This document shows positions 11,491-25,131 of a stretch of 64,000 bases of DNA, piece by piece. Position 1 is the first letter of the stretch; each line of letters begins with the position of its first letter. Location: NCBI GenBank assembly GCA_976226885.1, contig OZ320322.1, forward strand, positions 42,656,001 to 42,720,000, read 5' to 3'. The notes beneath the pieces were generated by a model. The model was given only the letters and a program-made list of their open reading frames with translations, was not told where the DNA came from and did no database searches. A program made the translations under genes and the position numbers. The stretch comes from Iphione sp. A-MEVVRFRX5. Lineage: Eukaryota.

Positions 11491-14109
11491 TTTTATAAAC
11501 TGCTGTTCAAAACTCCTTATCTTCATTGTCCAATGTAACTAAACTACACTCTAGAAACCTTATTAACTAAACTACAAAATTCTCAGTCTGTTTCATCATA
11601 ATATTACTTGTATATCATGACTTAGGCCAATTAACATTTATATGTTTTATAATTAGATATTCTTATTTAAATGTATCAAAATTATGATATAATTATCAAC
11701 CACGACTATGTAATAAACTGGACTTGTAAGCCTCTCAAGCCTACCCTATCATCCAGCGTAAATAAACGAATAAAAAAAGTGTATGACATAATCCTTCAGA
11801 TGTCAGATCCCGATAGTTGGAGGAGCCCTGTTAGGTAGTCCACTGCGGAGAAGTCAACGCAAATTACCTACTTTTAACAAAATACCACACCGGAGATTAC
11901 ACAGGAAGGTCCTTTGCTGCTTGAAGAACAGAGGCAGTAATGTCCGTGGTAAAACAGATTCAACCAGAAATAGACTTATGCTGCAATAAATGTCAATTGT
12001 CTTAGATCGAACACCTTTCTGTCAGCCTGCATAAATGAAGTTACAGACATAAACTCCGCCATTAGGATTACAGTTCAATTTATCCCTTACCCCCAGTTAG
12101 GGATGTCTCGGGCCCATGGTCACAGGCTTGTATCATTTATGTCTGTTAATCCCATTCTTTCACTCAAACAGACACTCAAAACTTAGCTATACATTCACTG
12201 CAACAGATGTATACGTGCGTTGTCTTATCAGTTGATGATAAAATCACTATTCGTATTGTACAACGAAGACTAATTCCCCAGTTCCTAGATGTCTTATGCT
12301 TCAACCAAGTTTCACTGTTACATCATTTATTTTGTGTCTGTACATTATGCATTTCTCAAAAATATTTCACAACTACTTATCCATATGGTTGTGCACTCTG
12401 TCTACTGAACCTGAAGGCTTTTGCTTTTGCGGCATGCTTGTGATACGCACCTACCACTTGTTCCGCTCTAGTGTTGGTGTCTGTTACCTATTTTTTGCCT
12501 CCTATAAACTCTTGTATAGCTAGCCTACTATGTATGTGTATCTCTCACTTGCTGTTCTCTTGTTTACCGTGACATCACATGCACAAACACTTCAGAAGGC
12601 ACTATATGCAAAGTACGCCTCAGTAGAGGTTCGCCTCGTTCATCCCCATCTTCCAATATTGTGTAAACATTGCCTTTCTGATGCCATATCTAACATTATG
12701 TATATGTACATGTCCTTAAGAGTAGCACATGGGCAATAATGTATGGCAGCTTCACACAAAGAATTTTGAAGTTTCCTATGTTGTGACTTTGAAAATATAT
12801 CGCAATTCATAACTAGATAATAGAGTGTATATCTCCGCGGCGAGTCCGCCATTTTGTCATCAAGCAACTGCAGTTTAGTCCACTGTGGTACTAAAAATAA
12901 TTAATGTTGGACCCTGAATAGCTCCATCGATATATACAATGCTAAGAGTATGTAAAAAATTATGCCACTTTTTAACAGTTACATAGTGCTGCCATTCAGA
13001 GTAACACATCCATTGGGTGTGTGTGGTTGATTCTCCTTTGTCCTAGACGATTGACCCTCCATACGAGTAAACTTTTTTTACATCATGGGAGTTGATACTT
13101 TATTCGCACACTTTGGATTACGTTCTTACATATTTCCATTATAATGTCTGGAAGAAGGCAATATAAATGGTCAGCTGACCAGTATCGTTGAGTCACCGAG
13201 TTATAACTGTAATCTCATCCTGAAGAAGATATTTATAGATTAGTTGGTCCGGTATGTTATCAAAGGGAGGATTAGGACTATTTTCTCCAGGATAATATGG
13301 AATGTCAAGCTGATATTACTACAGCCTTTGTTGAACTCGATTCTTCAAAAGGCTTTTTATATTGATCCGCAAATAAGCAAAATGTATAACTGTCAAAAAG
13401 TTGGCCATCAGTTCTCTTGACCTCTCTGAGTTAATGTTTCTTCATTGGTCCCTTCTCAAATATACAATGAGGTTTTTAAGTGATCGCGAGAAAAACTATT
13501 AACAAAACAGTGCATTTGGTATTTTGTTAGTCTCGATCTTCTTCAACTCTATAAATTCAGCTGGCAAGTTGCTGCATTTACTTATTCCTTTAAACATAAC
13601 ACTTTTTAAAATCAATAACAGTTTTGGTTTCGTCTGTTTTATCTGAAGTGTCCTCCCTCGCCTTGTTCTCCCCATCCCCCTTCGTTCAGCATCTAGAGCT
13701 CGAATTAGCTGCAATCTATGACTTAATAAAACACATCTGGCTTGTGACAATTCATCCAAAAATGGTAATGGGAGCCTAAATCCCAATATCTAGGCTGTGA
13801 CTATTTTTGCATTACGTTCTAAAAGTACATTCAGCGCGGTAACCCATCGTTCTCAGCGAAAGTGACCGACATAGCGTGTTGACTGCATTGCTTATTACAT
13901 TCAAACTCCAGAGATTGTCTCTGAAGTGGTAGCTAGCATTCAAAATATTATGTAAGATAATCTAAGAAGTTCTAAATCTAAGGCATGGAGCTTTATTAGG
14001 TCTTAATGAGAGAAGGCAGGTTCAAGCCGTCGGCCTGTTATTGTTAACAACGTTAATCGACACACTAATTATATGAAGACTCACGAGGCAAGTCAAGACT
14101 GAAAGAAAC

Positions 14110-14300
14110 AGCAAGCCAGACACTTTGAACATTCTTACGATTTAATTTCCCTTGTGCTTGAAAAAGACTCGACGCACTAAATGACATTTGGATTTCTCCG
14201 TAGGAACCACTCGAATTCGAGGCACCTCCCTGTCGCTTGATATGCAGGGCGCAGCCAAGCGAGAATAGTAGTTCGGCTGCTAATAAGACTAATTAGGTTG
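14110..14300 (-). pseudogene. Possible pogo/CENP-B-type transposase HTH remnant
   Basis: Minus frame EWFLRRNPNVI*CVESFSSTRE resembles the W..F..R.P.+S.R pattern of pogo-family HTH regions. Short and interrupted. Confidence 0.3.
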
Positions 14301-16580
14301 ACTGAACGTTCCAAAACCACCGTCTAACAAAGTTACCCCGCTGGCTGGTGAGGAGAACAATCTCCCCACACCCACAACCACACCCACATCCACACCCACA
14401 CCCCACCTGTCACGGGCAGTCATGTGGAACCGACGCCAGATTCATTCTGCACGTCATTTCGTAGTCTGAAGTCACGTGTATAGTTTCTGCTTGCTAGTTC
14501 CCAGTAATTGCGGCTATGATTTACTGCTAGGCACGCGGGACCAGCTAGTGAGTGGTTGAAATCTCGCGAGGGATGCTGCTATTTCCCAACCCCTCGCCAG
14601 ACGGTAATTTGCAGTCTTCTGAGTCCAGACGGTTCCGATTAGTTGGTTTTATCAGCGAGAATTCCGCTGGTGAAGAATGGGGCACCATCCTTGTCATTGC
14701 CTTAATAGATGTGCTTGATGAAGCAATGTTGTGGAGAGAGTGGGACTGTAAGACTGACCGTCGGCCCCAAAGTGGACGCTTATCGTATCCATTGTAGAAA
14801 ATAACCGCAAGTGAATGGAATACCACATTCATAAAATGAGTATTCTATACAAACTAAAGACCGCAGTTTATTCGATTGAACCTCACCACATACACACCAA
14901 ATTGCAAGGAAGGAGAGAAGAAGGGTTTACCCCAAGGAGAATAAACTTGCACCAACGAAATGAAAGAAATGAATTTTGTATAAAGTAGAATTAAAGAAAT
15001 ACCAATGGGACAGATATGACTTGTCCTGAGGGTACGTAAGTAGGGAGTTTCTTCTTTTATTATCTCTCTAAAACACAGGTCTGTAGGTTTACAACTGCTA
15101 TGCAGAATCTCTAATTCTTAAGAGGCTTTTAAATTTAGAGGTATGTACTCGATATAATTATGCTCTCTGTTCTCCTGCGATAAGTAGCGTCTAGTTTTTT
15201 TATTTCATGGTCGCTATAGAAGTGGACCAATTAAATACATGTATAATGAAGAGGATGGATTTGAAAAAATACGGTTGTGGCTCAAAAAGATGAACTATGA
15301 ATCATGATCAAACTGCACTTTTCTATTCGCGTTAATGAAAAGGCCCGAGACAATGTGGATAGACACATTAACTCTGTTAAAATTTAATCTGCTGCATGCT
15401 AAAGATGGTTCAAGGCAACCGATAAAATATTCGATTTTCCACTTAAAATCCCGTTTTTTTGCTCTCTTCCCCCTTGGTTGCTCTGTCCATTTAAACAAAC
15501 ATCGAAGGAGCGAGAGGGCTGTCTTCCATGGGACCCAGGAGACTGTTAAGGGGATAGAGAAGATATCAATCCTCATGCCTGAAAGAGTCTAGTTGGAACT
15601 GAAACGTGTTGCAAAAATTGTGGGTTAGGTCTTAGGTGGAGCCCATTGCTCCCCATTGATTCGCTATTAGGTTTTGTGGTGTTTACGCAGGGAGTGAGTG
15701 GCCCTGGGCGTAAATCCGACATTTTAGCTTTACCAAAACAACGCCTTTAATATGACGATCAAAAGCCCATCTTCACATAATGTACAAATTTCATATTAGA
15801 TTTTTTAAAAAACGGGCTCGAATGAAGTTAAAACGACGCAAATCTAATTTTACGCAATTAACCTCGATTACTACCCGACTGAAACAAAATTGTCTCAAAA
15901 TTGTTAAAATCACCATAACAAATCGCATTTAGAAGATTTCAAAACATCTGTAATAAGGCAATCATCACTGTAAGAAAAGTGACATCTTCTTCACTGCCAG
16001 AAGCAGGTTACTGGACATTGAATGATGAATGATTTTTATGGTTAAACGAGAGTAGCACATTAAATCTGTCGTTTTTAACAGGATTTACTTCTATGTAAGT
16101 AGTGTGTAGAGATGCTAGTTATGTGCAGGTGCAGTGGAGGATACCTCCCGAGAAGTAAGCCTACACCATTGTTTACAGGGTTCTGCCTTTAGACATGTTC
16201 TCACCCAGATACTTGATCAGCGATACTTCGGTCCAAATATTGTTACTTTCGTTGAAATTTTCAGTGACGGACTGTGTCAAATAATACGCCAATTTTCAAA
16301 GAAAATCGGTGTACATCTGTAGAAGTGCATCTGTAGATCTGCATAGAAGTGTATGAAACGGATGGGCACAGATAGCACAGGAATGCATAAATGAAGTCAA
16401 AATTTAGAGAACGAAAATCTGTCTCTTGCCGGCCAAATTTAAATAGCATCAGTCACATAAAATTTGCCGCTTTTTAGCCAATGTATACGCATACATGTAC
16501 ACATTAGTGTACATCTGTCCCGGTCTGCCCCTAATGATTGCACAAACATCTGCATGGACCAACATGAAACACACATGCTA

Positions 16581-16740
16581 CTGATATGCCTCAAACTCAA
16601 CAGAAAACAGCACAGTTTCTACCAATATATCTTGATCTCCACAAAAAACCGCACAGTTTCCACTGATATGCCTTAACCTCAGTGAAAGCCCACACAATTT
16701 CTCCCAATATGTCTTGATCGCCATGAAAATCACGCAATTT
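16581..16740. repeat. Minisatellite: two 82-bp units, each a diverged dimer of about 41 bp
   Basis: CTGATATGCCT at 16581 and 16663; CAATAT(A/G)TCTTGATC at 16623 and 16705; each half-unit ends in a CA(C/G)AGTTT/CAATTT-like motif. Confidence 0.8.
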
Positions 16741-16816
16741 ACACACACACACACACACATCCTTTCCCTGGTAGCCATGCCTGTCTCTCTCTCTCCCCCC
16801 CCTCTCTCTCTCTCTC
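16741..16816. repeat. (AC)n and (CT)n microsatellites
   Basis: Directly visible. Confidence 0.95.
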
Positions 16817-18229
16817 CCATTCACATACATGGAAGCATCCCTCTGGAGAAATCTGGGAAATTGGCTGAAATTTCTGCAACGCAACATATACAGAAAAAAC
16901 AAACCCACACACATGGAAAGCCAGCCTTACTATCGCTGTTTCCATTCTTTCAATACCTTGTTTACAAGTGCTTTCTCTCTGTCTCTTGTGCCGTACGTTG
17001 TGATCTTTAAATCCTATAATTATATGAACACTGAACAAAAACACTTAATTCCAAAATACTGAATTACTCTGAAAATCACTTATTCGTATCATATTTATTG
17101 ATTACACTATGATTGTGATACAACATGCATATCTCATAATGCTAATTTTCTTATTTTGAGGCATGCAAATTGCTCTGATTACGACTGAATATGATGCATC
17201 ATTTAGAATACATGAGCGAAGTGGCCTTCTACTTCCCGGAACAAACATTTAAAAAAAGTATGAGCCATCCAGACGTTAAGAGTCCTCTGGAATGGGTGGA
17301 TCGGAAGGCGGGACATCAGCAGGGATGATTTGTAACTTATTCCTAATGAGCACGTATAGTGATAAAGAACATAGTGACATGCTATCGTCAAGATATTTTT
17401 GCTTGTCTACAACAGTTCTATTCGTCGCGAACTAATTTCGAATGACTCTCTTTCGATCTGATTAATGTGTGCAATCAAATGACCTGTAATGTTTTTTCCC
17501 CGTTGTTCCTTTCACTGATATCGGATGAGTGAAATGTTACTGCTCCATAAAGGATGACATGAAGGCCGAGTTTACGCCGACAGCCCTGGATACTGATGCT
17601 CACTCGTTTGGAACAGTGACAAGTTCATGTGAGGCTAGGCCGCCGAGCTGAGAGGTAAAGCCCGCCTTGGTCTTAATGATGACTCTGTCAAAGGCTTCCT
17701 CGGTCGTAATAACGGCTTCATCAATGGCTTCTCTGCCTTTCCTGATGACTCTGTCTACAAAGACTGATGGCTTCCTCGCACGAGAAGCAGTCAGACAACA
17801 CGGTGCTACAAGGCCCTTTCGTGATTTGTTATAGTGCTTGGGCAATTGGAGCAGGTCTGGGCCCGAAGAAGTCATCATCGGAGGGATGTTGTGCGTCTTT
17901 GTGGTGATTAACTCTACAATTCTTCGTTCTTGCTCCGCCTCCTTCTTATCTCAAGTCCACTGACAAGATTTAAATGCGTGGTTATTACAGTTAACCCTAT
18001 GCAGGCTGCAATAGCTATCAATTCAGTATTGTATTTTGTGCATGTTTTTTTTTGTAAGCGATCTGGCTCAGGGTAATCAATTTCAGGCGACCTGCATCAG
18101 GTGATCCGTTTTGGGTCCTTTTCAGACTCAACATGGATTGTATTGTACAGATAGGTACTATGTAGTAGGATAACTGTGTCACTGTTATCTTTGGTACAAC
18201 AGGAGTTGGTATTACACAATTTCCTCCGG

Positions 18230-18307
18230 ACCAGACATAATATGTCTGGTCTTGAAAAAAATAGAGTATTGTCTAGACATATTATGTCTAGACAATGCTC
18301 TATTTTT
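18230..18307. repeat. Two adjacent palindromes (21 bp and 51 bp) sharing an AGACATA(A/T)TATGTCT core
   Basis: ACCAGACATA-A-TATGTCTGGT (18230-18250) and AAAAATAGAGTATTGTCTAGACATA-T-TATGTCTAGACAATGCTCTATTTTT (18257-18307, one mismatch). Confidence 0.9.
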
Positions 18308-21300
18308 AGCTACTATTGTGTAATCTGTATGGTATTATGCAATACTGTAGTACATAAGTACATATGTCCTTCTGAATAAACAGACCCTTTCTCCTTGTAT
18401 ATATGAAAAAGATCACCCCATGCACAACTGTTCCAGTGTATTTGGAGTGAACCAGATTCTTTATTTTTGTTATCTGTTTGACTTTTCACCTGTCAGCACT
18501 CTATTAGACACTCACACGTAACAGAATTCATAAAGGGAGCGTATAATTATTAGGGGTTATTCCCTGTCAGGACGAGAGTATTTTAAAGATCAGGGTGCCC
18601 TGTTTAGACATTCTACAATCAAATATGTATGTTTCTTTACACATATTCTTCTCACCAAATTTGGAAAGAAGAACTATGAGAGGTATTATCTAAGTTTTTC
18701 TTCAGGGGGGAAATGAGATGACTACAAAATATTATGAAATCCTTAAATAATTATTATAAACAACACCAAACAATCCTCAGTCCATTGTATGGTCCCTGAT
18801 GCCTCCACCCATCAAAGCTAATGCCTCGGGGCATCATTAGGATATTCACTGGTAAAAACCTAAGGTGTTAATTGTTTTAACTGCCCCCATCGTTTGTTCT
18901 TTACACTTGTCTAATATAGCTCTTTCTGTTTTATCATAATGATAATATTTTTTTATTGTCTGCATTGCACCTTTTGGTACAAACAAGCTTTTTCTTATAG
19001 CGACGTATTATCTTCGATTACCAAGAATTTTAACCAATTCGGCTCACAAATATTTAAAGGTCACACAAAGGCGGCTCGTATGTATTGAAATGTTGATTCG
19101 GAGGGCTAACCACTTGACTTGATATCTCTCTGGTGAGATAACGCCGTCTCTTTGCTGTTTACATTATTGACTGTAACGCTCGGTATATCATATTTTTCCG
19201 GGAACTCCTACAGACTAACACAAACCACACGCAGCGTGTGGGTTGCCGTTGTCTTCAGAATCCTATATCCCAATACTGTGACTTCCAAGTAACGTTTCGC
19301 CCTAAGCTGCCGCAGTGCGCAGTTGTGCCATTTTTGGAGACTTTGCTGAAAGAAACACACACTCTGATTCGGAGAATGATGTCCTGACGCCAGGCATGAA
19401 AGTGATTCTAAGCAAGAACTAGCATGGCGACAGTTTGTAGCTTAAGGTCAATCAAGTTTCGTGTAAGCCAACAATTGGTAGAAGTAAGATTAGTTTAGAT
19501 TCTAATTATGTGCCTAAACAATGTAACACATAATGCTGTTGACACACGTAAAATTATACAGGGAATATGAGATCATTTTGTCACTGTGCAACAACTAGTA
19601 AAACAGACGATTACTTCGGTCAATTTTTTTTCGTGCTGTTCCAGATGAAGTATAATTATGACATTCCAAGATATGATCCTAACCATCCTTGTCCTGAACA
19701 AAGTTTTGGTTAGGTACAATTTGACAAGAAAAATAGATAAAAAATAATAATACATTTGCAAAACGAGACTGCTTCCCCCCCCCTTGCCTTATACTAGTTT
19801 CCAAGGAAACCATAAATAGATTCTAAAGTCCCCACACACCTGATAGCTTAGACTCAATAAGCCCTAGTAATGCATAACTTAACGAGTACAATAAAAATAT
19901 TCAGATGGGCATGTGGGAATAGCTATTTTATATGAGCCAGAAATTTACTCTTCGCCAAGTAGATTTTATAGGACATTTACGTAGCATTCATTTTAGGCAG
20001 TTTTGTGTCACCTTTTTACCTCTAAGTATGTATGTATGCTGCTCAACATTTCAGCTTTCTGCTGATGTAATCATGCATAACTCATATCACAGGTATAACA
20101 AATTTATTTGCAGGTTACCTATTCTATACATTATTCGACAAAATAGCACATTACACATGGAGATACATGTATATCCCTTATAAAGAAATAAACATCGGTC
20201 ATCTAGGGTATTTGCAGGCAACTATAGATTGTATCTCCTGACAACATCCAGGAGTGAGTGTGTTGTTTCATTGGGAGGTGAAAGTCGAGAATTTTCACTG
20301 CACTGATTCTTTTTTTCAAACCCGCATCCAGGTTGATAATGCCAATGTTTCCTTTTGGCATGCAACATGGCACCACCATTATTCATGCACCAATTACAAA
20401 CTCGGCAAAATAACTATTGTTACTGTAATAAGTATCTAGAGTCTAAACACTGTGTCACTGATAGTCCAATGGTGATGCCGTGACTTTTAAGAGTCCTGTT
20501 GGCGAAAGTAATATGATTTATTTTTCACCTGCAGTATCGTGTCTCTGAATCACGCTTTAAAATTCAAAGTTGGAGGTGGAAATGCCTATTATGAAAGAGA
20601 GAGCAATTTCAATTATCTTAATGATAGTATAATGCAAAGAAAATCGAATTGGCTATCACTCCTTGCTAGGTGATTAAAGTTTTACTAGTGGGTACCGCTC
20701 GGGTGTCGAACGTGTTAAACATAGTACTGATCATTTCAATAGACCTGAAACAATATCGTCACGCAACATTTCTTCACTAGTACATGTATTTTGGTAATTT
20801 GCTTAAACAAGGTGTAATTCAAGACAGTATGGACTTGGATGATAAGAAAGGAATCAGTTGCTCTTTCGTTCCCTGGACATCTCCACGGGTTGCTTGGAGA
20901 ATATTCGGTAGGGACTGCGATTTATCTCTCTGGTCGACACTTCGTTAATTTTACATTGTAAACATGTGAGTCTTTATGGTGCTTCTCATGAAAACGACCC
21001 TCAACGGCATTTTGATTAATCATTTCATAGATAGTGGGTTATGGAGAAATCGACGAAACATATAAGCCATGAAAGCCGAATTTTCGCGCAAATTGTATGT
21101 GTAGGTCATGTGAAAAAAATACCTAATTTGCATATTATTTGAATATAACAGTATATAATTTCCACTGATTAGGCGGAAATTCTGCAAGTCAGTGGCAGTT
21201 GTTTTTTATTCAAAGATATGCAAATTAGGTCGGTCCTTGACTCGGTCCCTATCCCCCCACCACCTTCTGTCTGTCTGTCTCTGTAGCCTTCACTCATATG

Positions 21301-22196
21301 CTACATGCGTGCTATTCCGGAATGGCACACTACTGATTACTCAACATGATAAAACATTCCTCTTGACAGAATATAGTATTCATTTGCTAGTTATAATCAT
21401 ACACAGGCCTTTTGTAGAGAGAAAATAATTTCAAGAGTTTGTATGCATATTTCTAATCGAACGTTAACAAATATGATGTAGTATTTCTTTGCATTTTTTT
21501 TTGCCGTGACACCCTCTCGTTTATTCTGTATATCCGTTAGTTCGTATGTCAATGAAGATGGAACATTCAATGAATATATGTATTAAATTAATGATACGTC
21601 TTGCGCAACTGTTTGTTTTTCGATAATTCATTCTTTAGTATTGGCAGAAACCTTTCCTACACTCACTGTTTTGAAAGCATCCTGATTAACAAGGATAGGT
21701 ATAAGCTCTAAATATTTGCATTTATAGGTTTACGAAAGATCCAGAGTATTCCGGGTGACTTGGTTTCACTTTAGAATTCACATATTATATATGTTATGTT
21801 ATATATTCTTTTTTTCTTATCAAAACCCCCTCGTCACTCTTCTCAACCAGCCTCGTCTTTACCTGTCATGCTGATGTGCACGCCGGTATTATTACCTTGG
21901 CTTGCGTCGCTGTAGATACCCCCCTCGGGCACGGGAAGCCCTTCTCGCGTCAAGCCCTAGAAGTCACAAGCTACCAGGATTCCGATTTATCAGTGGCGAT
22001 CAGAAACCATCAGCGGGAGTAGATTGGGCAGTGGCCATCTGACGTGTGCTGCGTACCCCGCCGGTTGCTAACACTGATAATGTCGGCTCTCTGGGGCCCG
22101 AAGCACGCTCTGAACGAGACACGTACATAGCACAACTGAAGATGGACACTTCTCGTTTTGAAATTATGTCTCGCGGCCGTTTAGTATTCTACATTA

Positions 22197-22990
22197 AACT
22201 AAATAGATAAATAAACTGTTTGTTGTCTTAGTCATCTTTTCGTACAGACGAGTTAAGTTTTTTTATTCAGAGAACGACAATGAACAGTTAACCAAACGAG
22301 CGAAATAACAATGTTGCAATTCATACATGACAGTTATATAAACAGATTGCAAACTTTGGAAAAACCGACGATATATTCATGATTATAGTGGGTTACACAT
22401 GTATAACTGACACTATTTCTGTGTTTACTTCGGAAAACATTCCCTGAGGGCATATTATTCCATGACATACCGTACGAGCATCATTGTTCTTCAGATCTTC
22501 TTCAGTGGAGTTGTTGTTTACCGAGTTGTTTCATTTTGTTCATGAATTGTTTAATGAATGAACATACGTTGATATTGTTATCCAGATCATTCAACATCTT
22601 AGAGCATATATACAACAAATATCGTTTCACAATTCTCGACTTAACAATTCTCACATGTAACCTCTCAGTGTTTCCCAGTCTAGTTCTTCCCTTAGGACAC
22701 ACGTGTAGTTTCTTTTCCAGATACATGGAATGAATAGTGCAAAAGCAATGTTGATTTTATTGTTACATTTAAATTTATGATATATCTGTTTCTTAATTTC
22801 TAATTTTTAGGGATTCTATTTGCATACCTGTTATAGCATCGTCGTAAGGCGTCCAGACTGCCCTTGGATATTCCACAGATGAATTGCCAAATGTAATCAA
22901 TGAAAGAATCTACAAAAGTGTTTATTATTTCTTGTCGTTTCTTTAATGGTACCCTTCTTACTATTTTACTAATATTGTAAGACACATGAG
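22197..22990 (-). mobile_element. Old 5'-truncated LINE 3' end (ORF2 C-terminus)
   Basis: ORF 22800-22985 (KIVRRVPLKKRQEIINTFVDSFIDY..LRRCYNRYAN) and ORF 22502-22726 (RLHVRIVKSRIVKRYLLYICSKMLNDL..FMNKMK) match LINE RT thumb/C-terminal patterns. A (TTTA)n-like tail lies near 22197-22216. Confidence 0.75.
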
Positions 22991-25131
22991 TGATTTGTTG
23001 TCGTGACTTTGTACATGGTGTGCACTATCATGCCAGGGACTTCAGAGCGATTTGATTCGAGTGGTAATAAGGAAAACTTTTCCTCAAACTGAGCAAGTTA
23101 ACTTTTCTTACAGTCACTCTCGGGACCAGGTTACCTCAATGGTGATTCTAGCAAGAGTTTTTCAATAGATGGATTATAAGTGGCAGCAGATTTTTCCAGT
23201 CTATGTGGAATGGTGGTTTCCAGCATGTCCAAGAAAACGTCACAGGGAAAGCGTCCTGAATTATTGACTATTAGTATTCATGTAGATATGCCACGGAGTG
23301 TCAACCCCAGTAGTTGCACTTCAGCCAACTTAATGCCTACAACCTTACGAACAAGGGAGTTCCGTTGCTTCTGTAAGGACATATTACGCTAATCATTCAC
23401 AATACAAGGGTTCTCAGGTAATCCATCGATATTCCAACTGGATATATTTAGTATCCGAACAGTGGGAGCTAAAGACTTTGAGAAATCCATGCCAAAAGAT
23501 TGGAAATAAGTATTACAATCTTGGCACCATCCACCTTCTTTCCGCAACTACTTAATCCGTGTTCATGCAATATCCCTTGGCCTGCCCGTACCTAACTGTC
23601 TCTCTTGTGCATAGGATCTAATCTCGGTGCTGCAACAGCAGCCATCGTCATCAGTCTCTTGTTGAAGATGACTGATAGTGGACACCACAAATGACCCCTC
23701 CTGGTTAGGGATGGGGGTTAGAGTGTTCCCGGAATAGAACTGGTTTGTCTGATCACTTGTATTAAGACGTCATACCAATCGGTCATGACCCACATTTAAC
23801 TCCAGCTAATGCCAAGATGTTGATTTCCCGGAAAGTTCACTGATAAAGGTCGCATTAGGAAGTATCGAACAGGACATGTTGGATCTTCAGGGCCTCTAAA
23901 CGGTATATGGAGAAACCAAACGCCCTAGCAAATGTATACTCGGTTTCCACACGCAAGCAGCATTCAGTCGTTTCGTATCATAAACAACTGCTGCGGACTA
24001 GTAATGAGAAACTGAAAGGCGTTAAAGAAATCATGTTCCCGTTATATTCAAGCATTCCAGATATATTTTCGCCGAGCTTAATGTGATATATATAGAATCC
24101 AACACCTAAATAGTCTCCGGGGAAGCTTAGTGACGAGCAAATTTTACAATGTAATCAGATGAAGCCTTGGATCAATTCAAACAAAAATTTCAGTCTCATG
24201 ACGTAGACTATGTCATGCCTTCGCAGAGCTGCAGCCGAAGGTAGGGTATAGGCTGTTCACCATCGATAGGATCCTCTGGTTGAATAAGTAGGTACATGAA
24301 CGTTCCAACCTTTGTGGAATAAAACCAGACCAGAATTGGTTCCTGCCGATACTGACTATCAAAGAAACTAATTCGATTAAATTACAGCATAAACATCTTG
24401 AAAAAAGTATTTATATGGATTCCAATGTTCGTGCAATAAAACTACTTCAGATTTTGGAAATCTAATAAAGGTGGATATATATTCACGAAATAACTCCATT
24501 AAACCTCAACATAAAAACTTTGAAGCCTGGATACTTCAAAGCTTGTCGGAGACGCGTTGCTAGAGTACAGTTCGTTATGTATTAGATGAAGGGTTATTCT
24601 TTGAGGTACCGTTTATCTTAGAACTCCTCAAAATTAAACAACGACTTGAATGAAACATCAGTCCCGGTAATACCGCCTTTATACGAAAGATATGATTGAA
24701 TTTTAACACAAACAGTTACGTTTTTATCAAGGATTAGTAAGAGTTCGCGTCTCTTTGATGTAAATGGGAAGGCATTAGCTTTGCTTATCATCATAGTTGA
24801 AATTAAGCAGCTGATAACAGGGACGCTGGTAGTGGGGAAGTGAAACTTATAAGTAAGGTGTTACACCGAAAACAAAAACGTTGATTAGAATTATTCTGCA
24901 ACTTCAAGTTAATCCATTCATCTCTAGTCTTACTTCACCCTTGTGCTGGGATAAAGTGAAGCTGCAGACTGTTAGGGGGGGATGGTAAACAAGTGTGTGC
25001 CAATACTGTTGGTTTATGAAAGAATATAGTTCCCAGGCAATATAAAAAGACCTCTATTCATTATTCGAGGGTGGAGTAAAAACAAAACCAGCACAACATT
25101 CAGTGGATGAGGCCAAATACTCAGTCAGGTA

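Noticed and set aside
21850-22185. Locally CpG-rich segment as a possible promoter
   Set aside because: No downstream gene or core-promoter evidence; more likely a fragment of an unidentified repeat.
23130-24260. Minus-strand frame containing RILNISSWNIDGL (EEP/TDP2-like start)
   Set aside because: No following LQE or other EEP motifs, and about 13 stops in about 370 codons is not clearly beyond chance.
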